Shown: positions 61,153-64,000 of the stretch, in pieces
Layout of the letters: the number at the start of each line of letters is the position of its first letter
Numbering within the stretch: the stretch's first letter is position 1
Assembly: GCF_021028975.2 (NCBI RefSeq)
Contig: NC_059437.1
Location: forward strand, 57,164,001-57,228,000
Direction: 5' to 3'
DNA from: Sphaerodactylus townsendi
Taxonomy: Eukaryota
Length of the DNA: 64,000 nt
Notes under the pieces: generated by a model
What the model was told of the DNA's origin: nothing
What the model saw: the letters and a program-made list of their open reading frames with translations, nothing else
Database searches by the model: none
Made by a program: the position numbers and the translations under genes

Positions 61153-64000
61153 AGAGGTCTGGAGGCGGTGGGGAGCCCGCATGAGGGGCAGCCGAGCAAA
61201 GAACTGCAGTCCAGTCCGTAGCAGATCAGCCGTGGTGGTTAAATGGAGCCTCCATGTTTGTAGGCAGTGCACCTCGCAGGGGACGAAGAAAAGAAGGTTT
61301 TCCAGAGGCCCCTGGGAGAGCAGGAGGCTGGTACAGGCGGGCCCTTTGGGTGATCCAACATTGCCATTCTTGCCCTCTTCGTACACCGGCCAGCAGACCA
61401 CACCAGGGGGAGAGGCCGAGGAAGACCATGCCCCTCTCCAGATGGCAAACAGGAAATCAGTTGGCTGGAGATCCTCGGAGCTGGATCTTGAACGCAGCTC
61501 TCCCGACTGCTGGGCTTCTCTGGTGGGGAAGCAGGGGCTGCACTCCAGAAGAGGCGTCTGCTTTGTTTCACCCCCACCCTCTCTGCTTATCCCATCTTGA
61601 CAGCTGGGAGACCTTCCTTGGGCAGAGTGGGAGACATTGATTTGGTAATGGAAGCCTTAAGTCTCCCCCGGCCCCTCGGTCTGCCCCTTCCTACCTCCAC
61701 TGCTCTGCGCAGGGTCTCTCCCCCTCTCCGGGGCAGGAAGCCTCTCTGTCGACAGCCAGGCCTGGAAGAAGAGCCAAAGCCAGAGCGGAGCCCTTCTCGT
61801 TCCCCCAGAGACGGTGGGGTTGGGCCTCTGCAGGTGCTGCTGGGTGCCTGCAGGAGGCGCTGTTGCACTGCGAAGCCCGGAGCCTGGCGCGTCCAGGGGT
61901 GCCCTTGAGAGGGCTGGGGTCAGGTGCGGGTGGGGGGTCCTTGGGGTCGCTCTGTGCAGGAGGGAAGGAAACCTCCTTACGTCGACTGCCACACGAAAAA
62001 GGAAATTTTATTGTTGACTGTTTTTAAGTATATTTTAGATTTCGTCAGGATAATGTGATTGGAGGATCCGCTGCCCAGACCAGGACAGCGTGCTTTTTTG
62101 AGGAGGGGGTGGGGGGTAGGGGTGGGCAGCTGAAGCTCTAAGGAGATTTTGTTCTCCTTTCTGTGCAATGGCAGGGTGGGGGTCAGCCCTGGGAGGGAGA
62201 ATTGCTTTCTGATGAGTTCCCCATGCCTGGGAGGGCAAAGCAATAATGTCAGGGAGTCCCACATTTACACATAGCTGTAAATCATTGTTCTTTTCTGATT
62301 GGTCAGCGAAAAGAGGAAAGGGGTGGGATATGCTGGAGCTGCCATCAGGCAGAGGAACTTGTGGATCGTCTTACTGGGATCTTTTTATTCTGTACATAAC
62401 AAGAGGTTTGTTTGTTTGTTTGTCGAATTCTTATTTCTGTTTCAAAAATTCAAGAGCAGAAGCCTATTGTTTTTTTTGCCCAGGCTCTAAGCCTGTGGAG
62501 GATGCCCGGGGAAACTGCTCTCTGCAGCCCCTGGAACCAGTTTCTGCTCTCTGCGTGGTGATGCTCTCTGGGAGAAATCCAGGTGTACTTGTTCGTAAGG
62601 ATGTGCCCCAAAGTGGCACAGGTGAACTGCGGCTGCAGGAAGGTCTACCTGTCCTTTTTCTGTGGCTGAGTCTCTGCCCCCCACCTTTTGGGGAGCATCT
62701 TCATTGGAACAAGTAACCAAGGAGGAATTGGAGGGGTTCTCACCCTCCCTGCGCAAGAGAACCAAGCCCAACTTTATTTCCTTTCTTCATATTGGACCCC
62801 CCCCCCTTTTCTGGAATGAAGGGCTGGGCTCAGATTGTTGTATTGTTTATCCTCCTTCCTGCCCTCCCCCCCATAAGTGCTCTTCTTGGAAATTTTCTAT
62901 TTTCATATATCAGAGCTTATCTGTTAGCTGCTCTGCTTCCATTGCACATCTGTCCTTCCCCCCACCCCATCTCTTCCCAGAGGCAGGGGGAGCCGCCGGC
63001 CCCGCCCTCAGCCCGGTCTGCCCCGCCAAGCCCTGCCAGAAACCCTGGCACGGTGGGGAGGGCAGAATTTGTATGCGGCAAAATGTAGGAATTGAACTTG
63101 GTTGTCCGGCCTGGTGCTGGAGGGCAGCTGGTCGGCCTCCTCCGCCGACGGGAAGCTTGTGCCAATCCGTGTTGAGGAGACGCTTCTTTCTCGCTCAGCT
63201 GGGAGTCCAGGCGCTCCTGCTCCCACCCCCCCTCCCTCCCACCCCTCGTCTGGAGGAAGCTGCTGCTTCGGTCCCATGCGAGCTCTGCATGTGCCTCAGA
63301 GCCCCATGGAGCTCCGGATGGGGCGCAGTGACTGCAGCCCGTCCTGTCCCGCTCACCGGCTCCCTCCGCCGTACCAGAACTTCCCCAAAGATGCTGCTGG
63401 CATTGTGTCTTCCCCCAGCAAAAGTCATATATATTTGATCTTGGAACCAAGAGTGTATTGAGAAGCTTCGTGCTTTGTCTTTTCCATGTGTGGCCCTGAC
63501 GGGTGCCCCTGGGGGGATATGTGATGCTGGGCCCTCTCTGCTGCAAAGCAGCCCCCCCCCCCCTGCACGGGTGTGGTGGGAGCTGCTCTTCTGGAATGAA
63601 AGAGATGCTGTCAGCCACCCCCTTTCCTTCCTTCATAATGCCTCCTGCCGCCAGCTTGCATAGTAGGGCCTGTTTGGTGTTCTTTTGCCCCAGGGGTATC
63701 CATATGTACGTACGTATGTACGTGTGTGTGTGTGTGTGTGATGTGTATCAGTGGGCTATATCCTGATGTGTACACTAAGATGTTCCTGAAGGAGTTGGCC
63801 CTCTTGCATTTCATTCACCCGTGTGTATGTTTTTTAAGTGTCTGCTTTGTTATATTTTGCTTTTGTCTCCTGTGTGATTTTTCTTTTGCCCGTAAAGTGC
63901 ATGCTAGCAATTTTCCTATGACATTACTGAGCACATGGGTACACACACACACAGCCCCCCACCCCCACCCCCACCCCTGGCAAAGTCCCTCCCAACCCCC
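61153..64000 (+). other. KIAA1671: KIAA1671 3' UTR region (probably continues past the window end)
   Basis: Follows the stop codon; free of recognisable TEs; U/GU-rich blocks; I saw no AATAAA before the window end. Confidence 0.6.
63723..63740. repeat. (GT)n microsatellite in the 3' UTR region
   Basis: Read directly from the sequence. Confidence 0.9.

Noticed and set aside
62662-63636. 258-aa and 239-aa ORFs in the 3' region
   Set aside because: GC-rich UTR, non-ATG or weak starts, low-complexity peptides without homology I can recognise

Overview
Eukaryotic genomic DNA from a squamate reptile, most likely a gecko; this is inferred from the Sauria/Squam3-type SINEs, CR1 LINEs and hAT MITEs. 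The window is dominated by one plus-strand multi-exon gene, the KIAA1671 orthologue (paralogue of TNKS1BP1/TAB182, with a C-terminal Tankyrase_bdg_C-type region). I reconstructed 10 coding exons with GT-AG boundaries and consistent phases (11416-13088, 14607-14700, 17513-20536, 20836-20961, 56103-56221, 57296-57536, 57632-57809, 58447-58571, 59792-59931, 61068-61152). Together they give 5805 nt, or 1934 aa plus stop. Inside the 35-kb intron lies an alternative first coding exon (39296-39580) with a CpG-rich upstream region, predicting a ~390-aa short isoform with a basic/aromatic N-terminus. The rest is intronic or UTR sequence full of transposable elements: two large near-identical CR1 copies, 5'-truncated L1-type insertions with target-site duplications, Penelope fragments including two fold-back copies, hAT MITEs with 8-bp TSDs, tRNA- and 5S-derived SINEs, and microsatellites. 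Most short ORFs in the track are spurious. I found no convincing wholly new biological system. The best leads are the isoform and regulatory architecture of KIAA1671 and some odd retroelement junctions. Homology statements rest on my recollection of family sequences, not on a search.
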